DNA from: Parcubacteria group bacterium
GTDB lineage: Bacteria; Patescibacteriota; Minisyncoccia; Phycocordibacterales; CSBR16-119
Direction: 5' to 3'
Length of the DNA: 64,000 bases
Assembly: GCA_943356745.1 (NCBI GenBank)
Contig: CALRFT010000002.1
Span: forward strand, 7,124 to 71,123
Both the position numbers and the translations under genes were made by a program. Position 1 is the stretch's first letter. Every line of letters starts with the position of its first letter. The notes under the pieces are model-generated. The model saw only the letters and a list, made by a program, of their open reading frames with translations. It made no database searches and was not told where the DNA came from. Shown in pieces: positions 27,443-37,943 of this stretch.

Positions 27443-27799
27443 TTAATTCCCTTCTTCATCTTGACCAGTTTCATCTTCCCTTGGCTCATTGTCCTTATTT
27501 TGATGATTTACAATAACCACCACTTTTTCTCCTGGTTTTGAAACCCCAAAGTTTTCTCGAACATACCTCTCAAAACCAAAATCATTTTCAAAATTAGTTA
27601 AAAGATTTTCAATATCCTGACCTCTTTCATATAGTTTTTCATACTCATATTTCATATCCTGCAAATCTTGTTTTGAAACTTGGATGTTTTTCGCAGCTCC
27701 AAAAAGACTTTTAAGGAACAGAATAATAAGCCCAGCTAGAACTATGAGGATTATCCAATTTCTTGTATTACTTTCACTTCGTTTTGTGTGCTTGTTCAT
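27443..27799 (-). CDS. Septum formation initiator (FtsB/DivIC family)
   Basis: N-terminal TM helix, coiled coil, and the ERYVRENFGVSKPGEKVV motif characteristic of FtsB/DivIC. Confidence 0.6.
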   Translation of the reverse strand: MNKHTKRSESNTRNWIILIVLAGLIILFLKSLFGAAKNIQVSKQDLQDMKYEYEKLYERGQDIENLLTNFENDFGFERYVRENFGVSKPGEKVVVIVNHQNKDNEPREDETGQDEEGN

Positions 27800-27976
27800 T
27801 TTTTGGTATGATATGGCTTATATGATGAATAAAAAGAAAAAAGGGAGAAAAATACTGGCTTCTGTTATTGTTATTATTGTAATAATTCTGATGTTGGTAC
27901 TGTATAGTGCTCCAACACTATTTTACTAGAAAAATCAAAAATCCCCCACTTTTTGTGGGGGATTTTTGATTTCGAT

Positions 27977-28004
27977 TTGACTTAGAATGAGTTTCCGTTA
28001 CAAT
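27977..28004 (+). promoter_or_regulatory. Sigma70-like promoter (TTGACT-16-TACAAT) upstream of the 115-aa ORF
   Basis: ttgact at 27977-27982 and tacaat at 27999-28004. Confidence 0.45.
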
Positions 28005-28027
28005 ATGGCCGAAACCCTATATAAAAA

Positions 28028-28375
28028 ATGAAACAAGTACATTTAAGATTACTACCTTTTTTCAACAAAAGAAAAACAAGAATCAGAAGAACCAAAGGAT
28101 TTACAGTTATTGAGAAACAAAAGCCTCTTGAAATTACAGTGATTGAAAGAATTTCAGGATCGGCGCGTGGAATTATTGAATCTTTTCAAAAAAGACACGA
28201 GGTTTATTTTGTGGTAACTTGGAAAAAAACAAAAGGTTCTCAAGTTTTGAAATATACTCACATGACAAATGAGTCTACGGTACACCGAGCTCATTTTGTC
28301 TCAATTCACCTTGAGCAAGAATTTCAAATCTTTTCCAGAATTAAAAGTATTAAAAAAGTCACTCTTAAAGAGTGA
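28028..28375 (+). CDS. Hypothetical basic protein
   Basis: 115 aa. Preceded by a consensus-like promoter. No recognisable domain. Confidence 0.3.
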   Translation: MKQVHLRLLPFFNKRKTRIRRTKGFTVIEKQKPLEITVIERISGSARGIIESFQKRHEVYFVVTWKKTKGSQVLKYTHMTNESTVHRAHFVSIHLEQEFQIFSRIKSIKKVTLKE

Positions 28376-28379
28376 CTTT

Positions 28380-30182
28380 TTAATTTTTCATCATTTTCAA
28401 GAAAACATCATGTGGAATATTTACCTTACTTTTTCCAAGAGATTCCATTTTCTTCTTTCCCTTCTTTTGTTTTTCTCGAAGTTTCATTTTTCGAGTAATA
28501 TCTCCTCCGTACATATGTTGAGTAACATCTTTTCGAAACGCCTTTACTGTTTCTGAAGAGATGATTCGCCCAGACGCTTTTGCTTGAATTTTCATAACAA
28601 ACTGCTGGCGAGGCATCACGGCGTGAAGTTTTTCGACAGCCTTTTTTGATTCTTCTTCAACACGTCGTCTTGAAACAACCCGAGTAAAAGCCACCACAGG
28701 TTCATCAGCAACTAGAATATCGAGACGGACAACATCTGCTTCTCGATATTCACCAATTTCATAAGAGATTGAAGCATATCCAGAAGAGACACTTTTCAAG
28801 GTATCAAAAAATCCTCGCATAAGTTCTCGGAGAGGCATGAGGGCGTCAATTTCCGCTCTATCATCTCCAAAACTTTCAGTTCTGTTAGTTTCAGCCTCGT
28901 GTTCATAGAGTAATTGTGCGATTGGACCAAGATATTCTCGTGGTGTAATGATTCGAACAGAAACCCATGGTTCTTCAATCTTGCTCGCTAGCCCATCATT
29001 TGGAAATACATGTGGAGAATATATTGTTTCTGTTTCTCCTGATTGTTTGTAAGTAACTACATAGGTAATACTTGGACTTGTTACCACAAGATTCAAATCA
29101 AACTCACGATACAAACGTTCTGTAACAATCTCTAAGTGTAACATTCCGAGGAAACCACATCGAAACCCTCGCCCAAGCGCCCCTGAACTTTCTTCTTCAT
29201 ACGTAAATGAAGAATCGGTGAGTTTAAGTTTTCCAAGAGAGGCTTTGAGTTCATCAAAATCATCTTGGCTTTCTGGATAAATTGAAGCCCATACCACAGG
29301 TCGTGGTTCTTCATACCCAGACAGTGCATCAAGCTGATCCTTAAAAAGAGTAATCGTATCTCCCACACGAGCGATTCCTGGTTTTTTAACTCCAGTTACA
29401 ATATATCCGATCTCACCAGCTCGAAGTTCATCTTTTGGTTTTCGATCAGGTGAAAAAATACCAATTTCTGTTGTGATGAATTTTTCTCCAGCAATCTTAA
29501 ATATGAGTTGATCATTTTTCTTTACTGATCCATCAAATACTCGAACATAGACAATCACACCTTGGTGATTTGAATATTCAAAATCGAACACAAGTCCTCT
29601 AAAACTTTTTGAATCAATAACCATTTCTTGCGGAGCAGGAACTCGTTTGATAACTTCTTGTAAAAGAAGATCAACACCCTGACCTGTTTTTCCAGAAACC
29701 TCAAGAACGTCTTCAAGTTCACAATTCAAAAGCGCTGCGAGTTCAAGTTTTGTATCATCAACACGAGAAAGTGGTGAGTCAACTTTTGTGAGAACTGGAA
29801 TAATAGTAAGCCCAAATTTTTGTGCCATTGCAAGTGTGGTAAAAGTCTGAGCTTGAACACCCTGTGTTGAGTCAACAAGAAGAAGAGAGCCTTCGACAGC
29901 TTTCAGGGCTCGAGAAACTTCATATGAAAAGTCGATATGCCCTGGAGTATCAATAAGATTCAAAATATAATTTTGTCCCGCAAAATCATAACTCATTCGA
30001 ACAGGCTGCATTTTAATAGTGATCCCCCGTTCTTGTTCAAGTTCCATTTTGTCGAGCACCTGATCACGCATAAGACGCTCATCGATAGTATGAGTAATTT
30101 CAAGCATTCGATCCGAAAGGGTTGATTTCCCGTGATCGATGTGTGCTATAACAGAAAAATTTCGAATATTAGAAAGATTCAT
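28380..30182 (-). CDS. lepA: Elongation factor 4 (LepA)
   Basis: IRNFSVIAHIDHGKSTL, DTPGHIDF, and the LepA-specific C-terminal domain. Lys-rich C-terminal extension. Confidence 0.9.
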   Translation of the reverse strand: MNLSNIRNFSVIAHIDHGKSTLSDRMLEITHTIDERLMRDQVLDKMELEQERGITIKMQPVRMSYDFAGQNYILNLIDTPGHIDFSYEVSRALKAVEGSLLLVDSTQGVQAQTFTTLAMAQKFGLTIIPVLTKVDSPLSRVDDTKLELAALLNCELEDVLEVSGKTGQGVDLLLQEVIKRVPAPQEMVIDSKSFRGLVFDFEYSNHQGVIVYVRVFDGSVKKNDQLIFKIAGEKFITTEIGIFSPDRKPKDELRAGEIGYIVTGVKKPGIARVGDTITLFKDQLDALSGYEEPRPVVWASIYPESQDDFDELKASLGKLKLTDSSFTYEEESSGALGRGFRCGFLGMLHLEIVTERLYREFDLNLVVTSPSITYVVTYKQSGETETIYSPHVFPNDGLASKIEEPWVSVRIITPREYLGPIAQLLYEHEAETNRTESFGDDRAEIDALMPLRELMRGFFDTLKSVSSGYASISYEIGEYREADVVRLDILVADEPVVAFTRVVSRRRVEEESKKAVEKLHAVMPRQQFVMKIQAKASGRIISSETVKAFRKDVTQHMYGGDITRKMKLREKQKKGKKKMESLGKSKVNIPHDVFLKMMKN

Positions 30183-30223
30183 AAGATGGAGAAACTATAC
30201 CAGAAAAACCGAGGAAAATCTAG

Positions 30224-30262
30224 AGAAAAAGAGCGAAGCCGGAGGCTTCGCTCTTTTTCTCT
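30224..30262 (-). terminator. Terminator after murJ
   Basis: agaaaaagagcgaagccggaggcttcgctctttttct. Confidence 0.55.
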
Positions 30263-31943
30263 ATCCAATATCCTCATGAGTCACAGATATGGTCTTTACA
30301 CCCTTAAATTTGCGCTGAATGGCATTTTTAAGTGAAATATACTCCTCATTATCAAGAAGATGGAAAATCCATATACCGATAACCATAGCAAACAATCCCG
30401 CAAAAAGACCTTGGAAAAATATTCCAGAAAAAGTAGAAAGTGACAACAATCCATCAAGTATATGAAGTCCCACGTAAGCAGCAAGTCCCATTACAAGTGA
30501 ACCAATAAGTGAATCACCTAGAGTTTTACCTAATCCAAATTCTTGTTTTTTAACATGAAGTCTTTGGAAAACTTTCATCAAAACAAGTGCATTGAAAATT
30601 GATCCCAAAGAATATACAAAAGCAAGTGTAATCACTTGCGCTCCAAAGATTCCAGAAACACCCATGATATCACTCAATATTGCTTGTATGAATACAAAAT
30701 ATTTTGTTTGAATAAGCAACAAAGAAACCCCAACAATAATAACCGAAGAAATGATATTTATAAGGGTCGGCCTTCTTGTGTCACCGGTTGCATAAAACGA
30801 CCGAGTGAAAAGCAAAATTAAACTCTGTGCTGTTACTGAGATAACAAATAAAGCAAGAGTCGCTGCAGCAAGTCTTGTATCATTCCAAGAAAATTGTTGA
30901 GAACCCAAAATAATACGAACTATCTGAGCTCGAAGAACAATAAACAAAATAGTAATTGGAATTGACCAAAAAATAATTTGTTTTGCCGCGCTTGCAACCG
31001 TTGCAAGAAATTCTTTTGTTTTTCCATTAGTAAAATCTTTTGCGAGCGCAGGAAAAGCAGCAACTGAAAAAGAAGCTCCTACGAGAGCGAGTGGAATGTT
31101 TTGAAGATTCATCGACAGTCTAAAAATCGAAGCCGAACCTTCCCCGAGAGTTGTTGCGATTGAAATAAGCACCAGAAGTACCAGATTATGAGAAACCAAA
31201 CCAAGCGTTCGTGGAAGTGAAATCAAAATAAGTTCTTTAATTGAAGCCCAATCTACAATCTTTGCAAAACGTGGAAGCATATTATCTTTTATAAGTGCTG
31301 GTACTTGTATGAAAGCATGCATGATTGAACCAAGAACAACTCCATATGCAAGTCCTCGTATTCCAAATGATTCATAAAAAAATACAATTCCAAAAATAAT
31401 TCCGAGATTATACAAAAGTGGACTGAGAGCAAAAAGCATAAATCTTTTTGACATTTGAGTAATCGAACCGAAAATATTTGAAAGACCAAGAAATATTGGA
31501 GAAATGAGTATTATCCTTGAAACATGAATAAGCTCTTGAATTTGAAGAGGAGAAAATCCTGGAGCAACCTTATCAGCAATGTGTGGGATAAGGAAAAATC
31601 CTGCAATACACACCACAATAATTAAACCGAAGAAACCTGTAAAAACTTGGTTAAAAAATTTTTGAGCCGCCTCACTTCCCTTTTGTTCCGTGATTTTCAA
31701 AATCATAGGAAGAACCACCATGACAGAAATGAGAGTGGCAACAAGATTGAAAATAAAATCAGGAACTTGAAAAGCAGTGTAATAAATATCTAGCTGTTCT
31801 CCGACACCAACCTCTGAAGTAAGAAGTCTATCTCGAACAAGTCCAAGAAGTTGAGATATGAGTGTAAATACACCAAGAAGAAGCGCAGCTTGATTAACCG
31901 CGCCTACTTCTTTATTGAAAAATTGTAATACTTTTGATACCAC
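30261..31943 (-). CDS. murJ: Lipid II flippase MurJ (MviN family)
   Basis: 14-TM MOP-superfamily protein with the MviN-like N-terminal region (LLGLVRDRLL...GVGEQLDIYYTAFQVPDF). Confidence 0.8.
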   Translation of the reverse strand: MVSKVLQFFNKEVGAVNQAALLLGVFTLISQLLGLVRDRLLTSEVGVGEQLDIYYTAFQVPDFIFNLVATLISVMVVLPMILKITEQKGSEAAQKFFNQVFTGFFGLIIVVCIAGFFLIPHIADKVAPGFSPLQIQELIHVSRIILISPIFLGLSNIFGSITQMSKRFMLFALSPLLYNLGIIFGIVFFYESFGIRGLAYGVVLGSIMHAFIQVPALIKDNMLPRFAKIVDWASIKELILISLPRTLGLVSHNLVLLVLISIATTLGEGSASIFRLSMNLQNIPLALVGASFSVAAFPALAKDFTNGKTKEFLATVASAAKQIIFWSIPITILFIVLRAQIVRIILGSQQFSWNDTRLAAATLALFVISVTAQSLILLFTRSFYATGDTRRPTLINIISSVIIVGVSLLLIQTKYFVFIQAILSDIMGVSGIFGAQVITLAFVYSLGSIFNALVLMKVFQRLHVKKQEFGLGKTLGDSLIGSLVMGLAAYVGLHILDGLLSLSTFSGIFFQGLFAGLFAMVIGIWIFHLLDNEEYISLKNAIQRKFKGVKTISVTHEDIG

Positions 31944-31944
31944 G

Positions 31945-34875
31945 TTACAAAACGATACTTATGAGTTTATTTGGAACAAAGATAATTTTCTTTGGCTCAC
32001 CGGTTATATGTCTTGCGATTGATCCGTTTTCTTGTACCTTCTGCCAAACATCATCCTGAGATGCACCAAACGAAACTGTGAGACTTCCTTTTATTTTACC
32101 ATTAATTTGAACAGCGATATTCACTTCATCTTGGGTCATTTTTGATTCATCAAATTCAGGCCAAACACTCTTGTGAATTGACGATTGTTGCCCAATAAAA
32201 TCATTCCAAAGCTCTTCTGTAATATGTGGTGCGAAAGGCGCAAGAATTTTTACAAAATCAACAAAAGACTGCTCTGTCATTCCACCTTCTTTTTCCACTA
32301 AGTTTACAAAAGTCATCATAGCAGCAACGGCGGTATTAAACTTAAATGCTGGGATATCTAAAGTTACTTTTTTGATAAGTTTATGAAGTTCTCGAGTTAG
32401 GATTTCTTTTTCTTCATCTACAAGATTTTCTGAAATACGAACAACTCGTTCCACAAAACGCCGTGTCCCAACAAGACCATCTGTGTTCCATGCAATAGCA
32501 TCATCAAATGGACCCATAAATGCTTCGTACAAACGAAATGCATCTGCACCAAAACGTTCCACCATATCATCAGGATTGATAACATTTCCCCATCGTTTTG
32601 ACATTTTTCGTCCATCTTCTGCCAAGATAAGTCCTGGCGCATGAAGTTCAGCAAATGGTTCTTCTGTATTCACTACTCCAATATCAAACAAAAACTTATG
32701 CCAAAATCGCGCATAAATAAGATGCCGAGTTGCATGCTCCATTCCACCCACATACACATCTACTGGTTGCCAGTATTGTTCAAGATTTCTATCTACCAAC
32801 ACTTCAGAATTGTTTGGATCAATATATCGCAAGTAATACCAACATGACCCTGCCCACTGTGGCATGGTATTTGTTTCTCGTCGTCCTTCAATAATTTCTT
32901 CACCATTTGGTGATTTTCCTGCCACAACAAACTCTCCCAGAGAGTTGATATATCCTCGGACATTCACCCACTCTGAAATATCAGCGAGTGGAGATTCTCC
33001 ACTATCACTTGGTTCATAGTTTTCTACTTCTGGAAGTTTGAGTGGAAGATCACTTTCTGGAATTGAATATACTTTTCCTCCAGCGTGAACAAGCGGGATC
33101 GGTTCTCCCCAATATCTCTGACGAGAAAATACCCAGTCACGAAGTTTGTAGGTTGTTTTCATCTTTCCTCCAACAAATTCTGTGATTTTTGCTTTTGCTT
33201 CTTCGGAAGTAAGTCCTTTAAAATTCTGAGAATCGATTAAAACACCACTTTCAACAAAAGGCTTTTTATCATTTTTAATTCTATCAAGCCAAAAAGGTAG
33301 TTCTACGTTTGTAATATTTTCTGGAATGAATTGCTTTGAATCCATCCAGACAATATCAAACAAATCTTTTTCAGATGAAGAAACTTCTTCTTGTTCATCA
33401 TTAATTAATTCGAAATAAAGTCCATGAGAGTAGGCAATACGGTTTTGTTGTTTATGATCTGCTGAATATAATGACTGGATTGGACTTCCAAGATATTTTT
33501 TAAATTCAATATTTTTATATCCTGTTTCCTCAAGAACTTCTCTTTTCGCAGCAGCTATTAAGTCTTCACCTTCATCTATTCCACCAAGTACTATTGTTTT
33601 CCAGTTGTGATTTTTCCAAGCAAGAGTGAGATATGAATCATTTTTAGGATTATACACAACTGCATGTATATTATTACGTTCAACAACAGGCCAATTTTCT
33701 TTATGAGAATTTTTGTGATCTATTATTGAAGGAATTACCACATCTCGTATCTCAAGATTATATTTCTTCGCAAACTCAAAATCTCGTTCATCATGAGCTG
33801 GCACCGCCATCACAGCACCTGTTCCGTAATCGGCCAAAACATAGTCTGCGATCCAAACTGGAACCTCTTCATTGTTTGCTGGATTTACTGCAAAAACACC
33901 CTGAAGCTCTACTCCAGTTTTTTCTCCTTTTTGTCTGTCGAGTGGAGATTTCTTTTTTGTTTCTTCGATATAATTCTTAACCTCGTCCCAGTTTTGAATT
34001 GAATCTTTCAAATCAAAAACAAGCTTACTTTCTGGAGCAAGTACAACATATGTCACACCAAAAAGTGTATCAGGTCGTGTGGTAAATACAGAAATAAAAT
34101 ATGGAGACGAATGGTCTTTTGAAAACGGTTGGGCTTGGGTCTGGGTTTTCAAAAGACTATTCGTTGTAATCTGAAAAGTTATTTCCGCACCTTCTGACTT
34201 TCCAATCCAGTTTCTTTGACTCATTTTTACAGAGTCAGGCCACTTATCGAGTTTGTCCAAATCAGCAAGCATTCGCTCTGCATAGTCAGTAATACGAATA
34301 ACCCACTGACGAAGCGGTTTCTTTTCTACCTCACTTCCACATCGTTCACACTTTCCATCTTCCAAATCTTCATTTGCAAGACCAGTTTTACATGACGGAC
34401 ACCAATTGATTGGTTCATGTGATTCAAATGCGAGACCTTTTTTGAACATTTGCAAAAATGCCCACTGTGTCCATTTGTAATATGCAGGGTCAGTTGTTTT
34501 TAATTCTCGTGACCAGTCATAGTCAAGACCAATAATTGAAAGTTGTTCTTTAAATGTTGCGACATTTTGATCTACTGCAATACTTGGGTGCATTTTGTTT
34601 TTAATTGCAAACTGCTCTGCTGGAAGTCCAAAAGCATCCCATCCCATTGGATGAAGCACATTGAAACCTTGCATTCGATACATTCGAGAAAGAATATCTG
34701 TCGCAATATATCCTTTTGGATGACCAACATGAAGCCCAGCTCCTGATGGATATGGAAACATATCCAAAATGTATTTTTTAGGAAGAGAAGAAGAAGAGTT
34801 TGCCTTATACACCCCTTGTTCGTTCCAAAAATCCTGCCATTTCTTTTCGATGGCTTTATGGTCATACTTTTTCAT
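31945..34875 (-). CDS. leuS: Leucyl-tRNA synthetase carrying an inserted NUDIX-hydrolase-like domain (~aa 385-540)
   Basis: HVGHPKGY (HIGH), GTGAVMAVPAHD (CP1 editing domain), KMSKR (KMSKS). Nudix box GGIDEGEDLIAAAKREVLEETGY at 33517-33585 between the CP1 and leucyl-specific regions. Confidence 0.9.
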   Translation of the reverse strand: MKKYDHKAIEKKWQDFWNEQGVYKANSSSSLPKKYILDMFPYPSGAGLHVGHPKGYIATDILSRMYRMQGFNVLHPMGWDAFGLPAEQFAIKNKMHPSIAVDQNVATFKEQLSIIGLDYDWSRELKTTDPAYYKWTQWAFLQMFKKGLAFESHEPINWCPSCKTGLANEDLEDGKCERCGSEVEKKPLRQWVIRITDYAERMLADLDKLDKWPDSVKMSQRNWIGKSEGAEITFQITTNSLLKTQTQAQPFSKDHSSPYFISVFTTRPDTLFGVTYVVLAPESKLVFDLKDSIQNWDEVKNYIEETKKKSPLDRQKGEKTGVELQGVFAVNPANNEEVPVWIADYVLADYGTGAVMAVPAHDERDFEFAKKYNLEIRDVVIPSIIDHKNSHKENWPVVERNNIHAVVYNPKNDSYLTLAWKNHNWKTIVLGGIDEGEDLIAAAKREVLEETGYKNIEFKKYLGSPIQSLYSADHKQQNRIAYSHGLYFELINDEQEEVSSSEKDLFDIVWMDSKQFIPENITNVELPFWLDRIKNDKKPFVESGVLIDSQNFKGLTSEEAKAKITEFVGGKMKTTYKLRDWVFSRQRYWGEPIPLVHAGGKVYSIPESDLPLKLPEVENYEPSDSGESPLADISEWVNVRGYINSLGEFVVAGKSPNGEEIIEGRRETNTMPQWAGSCWYYLRYIDPNNSEVLVDRNLEQYWQPVDVYVGGMEHATRHLIYARFWHKFLFDIGVVNTEEPFAELHAPGLILAEDGRKMSKRWGNVINPDDMVERFGADAFRLYEAFMGPFDDAIAWNTDGLVGTRRFVERVVRISENLVDEEKEILTRELHKLIKKVTLDIPAFKFNTAVAAMMTFVNLVEKEGGMTEQSFVDFVKILAPFAPHITEELWNDFIGQQSSIHKSVWPEFDESKMTQDEVNIAVQINGKIKGSLTVSFGASQDDVWQKVQENGSIARHITGEPKKIIFVPNKLISIVL

Positions 34876-34911
34876 ATGTTATCAATATTACCGCAAAATG
34901 ACCTTAAAATC

Positions 34912-34950
34912 AAAAATAAAAACCCCCTTTCGGGGTTTTTATGAAAAACT
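34912..34950. terminator. Bidirectional terminator between the leuS 5' region and the surface protein gene
   Basis: aaaaataaaaaccccctttcggggtttttatgaaaaa. Confidence 0.55.
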
Positions 34951-36856
34951 AGTTTACAGTATTAGTTTCTGTAGTTTCTTCTTCTTTTACAAACATTTCT
35001 GTTGAGTATGTTCGTCCTGTATCTTCAAGAACTTGTGACGCTTCTCGACAATCAAGAAGTTCATTTGCCCAAGCTCTTGTTGTTTTGTACCATCGTCCCG
35101 TAGTGTCTTCTGAAAGTTCAGGTGTCCATGGTTTGATAGTTTGTTCCCAATATTTTTGTTGGAATGCATGTACCGCTTTCTCTGTTGCTGGACCATATAC
35201 TCCATCAACAACAAGTCCTGCTTGCATATGATCATTCAAAAATTGTTGAATCATTTTCACATCTCCACCAATGTCTCCTCGTTTGTGGAATTGTGTAAAT
35301 GCTGGACAAGTTGCGTCATCTGAAGCACCAAGTACTTCACCTGATGAAAATGCTCCAAGTACAGATCCTCGAGAAGAAGCAAAACTTCCTGTAGTTGATG
35401 TAGATTGATTATTTTCATCAGAAGGATTTTCTTCTTCTCCATCAATTGGATCTTCATCTCCTGGATTTTCTTCTTCTCCATCTCCCTCTTCGTCATCTCC
35501 ACCATCATCAACAATAACATCTCCGCATGTTACAGAAACATTATCTAGAAACATTCCGTAAGTATTTTCAACTCCAGTATATTCAAATTGAATATATGTA
35601 TATTCATATTGTGCAATGAATGAATACTCATGATGTACCCATTCATTTGTTCCTACGATTGAGTGAGTTTGGGTTGTTTCTTTTCCTTGTTGAATTGAAA
35701 AATCAAGAGAGTTTTCTGATTCATTTGTATCTGGTCTTGCGTGTGTATAGAAAGAGACTGTATATTCTTTTCCTTCAATGGTTTCAATTGATTGACCAAT
35801 TGCAACCCCTGCAGGTTCCCCGTTTCCAAATCCCCAATCAGTGTCGAGCTCAACATATTGATTTCCATCTTGAGCTGTTACTGAAAGATTTGATTGAATT
35901 TCAAGCAAAGCTTCTTCTGGTTGACCTTCGTAGTCTCCAGTCCAAGCAATGTCCCATCCTGTTTCTTCTGAAGAAAAGAGTGACCATTCACTTTCAAGAA
36001 TTGGATTTTCAAAACTTCCATTTTCTATCAGATTTCCCACTGGACAGAATTGTGGTTCTTCAATAACAATTTTTTCTTCCACGTTAAAACCAACGCAGTA
36101 ATATGTTGAATCAGCTTGTGGGTTGTTAATCCAATCCCAGTTATCGTAATTCAAAACATCATTATGGCAGTAAAATTCTGCAGAAATTGAATCCTCATTA
36201 TTTCCATTTGCAGTATAGGTAAATGCAAGATCTCCTTCTTCAAGAACTTGTCGCATTTCAATTCGATTTGATGATTCAAGATCATTAAGGTCTACAGTGA
36301 ATTCAACTCGTCCATTTGTATCTGTTGGATCAGTTGTAAACCACCCTAGAGCTTCTCCGAGAAATGTATCCCCAGGAAAAGAAACGAGGTCATCTCCCCA
36401 TTGGAAAAGTCGCCCTGATTTAAATCGACATTCTTCTCCAGACTCAAGAACAAAATCTTGAGCGGTTGTACTTGTAATATCAAAATATCCATTTCCCCAA
36501 TTTGGTAATAGATTTTCTGAATCACAAACAATCATATCTGCAACAATTGTAACAATTCTAGAATCTTCAATGATTTCTACGGCAACAAGAGATTCTTCTG
36601 TTGCTATTTCCTCCTCAACAAATTCCTTTATTTCAAAATCTTCAGAAACAACTGTTTCTTGCTCAGACTCAGAAATAACAACTTCTTCAGAAACAATAGT
36701 TTCTTGAATAATTTCTTCAGCAGAAACAATAAATGTTCCTCCAAATGAAAACATCACTAAAAAGAGTGATAGAAAAACCTTTTTTATCATAATTCTGTAA
36801 TACACCACATTACTTATTAAACATATATAAAATAACACACTGACATGAAAAAACAA
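34949..36856 (-). CDS. Secreted or surface protein with acidic E/V-rich repeats and a C-terminal peptidoglycan-binding (PG_binding_1-like) domain. The likely start is at MIKKVF.
   Basis: Signal/TM segment VFLSLFLVMFSFGGTFIVSA. Acidic linker DDGGDDEEGDGEEENPGDEDPIDGEEENP. The C-terminal motif GDIGGDVKMIQQFLNDHMQAGLVVDGVYGPATEKAVHAFQ is typical of PG_binding_1. Confidence 0.5.
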   Translation of the reverse strand: MFFHVSVLFYICLISNVVYYRIMIKKVFLSLFLVMFSFGGTFIVSAEEIIQETIVSEEVVISESEQETVVSEDFEIKEFVEEEIATEESLVAVEIIEDSRIVTIVADMIVCDSENLLPNWGNGYFDITSTTAQDFVLESGEECRFKSGRLFQWGDDLVSFPGDTFLGEALGWFTTDPTDTNGRVEFTVDLNDLESSNRIEMRQVLEEGDLAFTYTANGNNEDSISAEFYCHNDVLNYDNWDWINNPQADSTYYCVGFNVEEKIVIEEPQFCPVGNLIENGSFENPILESEWSLFSSEETGWDIAWTGDYEGQPEEALLEIQSNLSVTAQDGNQYVELDTDWGFGNGEPAGVAIGQSIETIEGKEYTVSFYTHARPDTNESENSLDFSIQQGKETTQTHSIVGTNEWVHHEYSFIAQYEYTYIQFEYTGVENTYGMFLDNVSVTCGDVIVDDGGDDEEGDGEEENPGDEDPIDGEEENPSDENNQSTSTTGSFASSRGSVLGAFSSGEVLGASDDATCPAFTQFHKRGDIGGDVKMIQQFLNDHMQAGLVVDGVYGPATEKAVHAFQQKYWEQTIKPWTPELSEDTTGRWYKTTRAWANELLDCREASQVLEDTGRTYSTEMFVKEEETTETNTVN

Positions 36857-36890
36857 CTGGCGTCAGTTGTTTTTTCGTTGCCTTAACAAA

Positions 36891-37943
36891 TTAAGACTCT
36901 ATGAAAGTTTGAGCTTCTTCTGGTGCTATTTCTGTAGTCATAAAGAATTCTTTCTGAAGAAAAAGAGTTCCAAGAAGTCCGAGAATGACCAAAATAAGGA
37001 GAAGAACTCGTCCAATATGGTGCCTTTTAAACTCTATAATAATTCTAAACAAGATTGCGAGAGATAGTACAGCGACTATTCCAAGAATAGCAATTCTTCC
37101 AACCGAAAGCGGAGAGACCGCCATTCTTTCAATAGTATTTGTTTCTGAGGCAAATGATGTTTGTTCATCTTGGGCTCCAAAAACTTGTGTAGTTGGATTT
37201 GTTTCCGTATCAGGACCAGCAAACACAATTGGGACAGTATTTACATTTGCAGTATTTGCAGTATTTGAAATATTTGGAAGGAGTGAAGCTCGAGGTTTTC
37301 CAAACATTTGAACAACAAAAGTTGCTTTTCTACCTTTGTAAAAACCATCAGATGTTGCAATCCCCACTTCTGTAAATCTCTGATCAAGGATATTTTTTTT
37401 GTGTGTTGGTGAAGCAATCCATGCTTTGTGAACATCAACAGATTCTGTGAAGTTTACTGCGAGATTTTCCCCTGCATAGATGTAATTGTAATTTACATCT
37501 TTAAACCAATACCATGGTGTAAGTCCTTCAGGAGAAGTATGTGCGAAGTAACCTTTTGTAGCCATGTCATTTGCTTTCCTTTGAGCAGCTTCCACTAAAA
37601 CAGGGTTTATCGTAAGTGTAGCAACATTTTGTTCTACTCTATCTTCATTTGCCAAGTCAACCAAAAAAGCAGTTTGTATAGACGCAAGAAGATTTGTATT
37701 TTTAATTACGAAAGTACCAAGATAAGATACAAGAGTAATAATAATTCCAAGAAGTAAGATAAAAAGCATGTTTTTTGTCTTAAAAACATGTGGCTCATAT
37801 TTATTTCCCTTGTGTGGAATAAGGTAATTTTTCATGTAAAAAATAATACCACAAAAAATAAAACCACTCAAGATGAGTGGTTTTATTTTTATTTTTCGTA
37901 TTTTCGCCCTGTTTCTGGGTTGATAACAGGTGCTGGAGTCCAA
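36891..37943 (-). CDS. CAP/SCP/PR-1 domain membrane-anchored protein
   Basis: N-terminal TM helix. CAP-domain motifs KGYFAHTSPEG, YAGENLAVNF and HKAWIASPTHKKNIL. C-terminal hydrophobic helices. Confidence 0.6.
   Translation of the reverse strand: MDSSTCYQPRNRAKIRKIKIKPLILSGFIFCGIIFYMKNYLIPHKGNKYEPHVFKTKNMLFILLLGIIITLVSYLGTFVIKNTNLLASIQTAFLVDLANEDRVEQNVATLTINPVLVEAAQRKANDMATKGYFAHTSPEGLTPWYWFKDVNYNYIYAGENLAVNFTESVDVHKAWIASPTHKKNILDQRFTEVGIATSDGFYKGRKATFVVQMFGKPRASLLPNISNTANTANVNTVPIVFAGPDTETNPTTQVFGAQDEQTSFASETNTIERMAVSPLSVGRIAILGIVAVLSLAILFRIIIEFKRHHIGRVLLLILVILGLLGTLFLQKEFFMTTEIAPEEAQTFIES

Noticed and set aside
36867-37438. Several short ORFs (66-108 aa) on the plus strand opposite the CAP-domain gene
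   Set aside because: All are embedded antisense within a well-supported minus-strand gene and lack start context.
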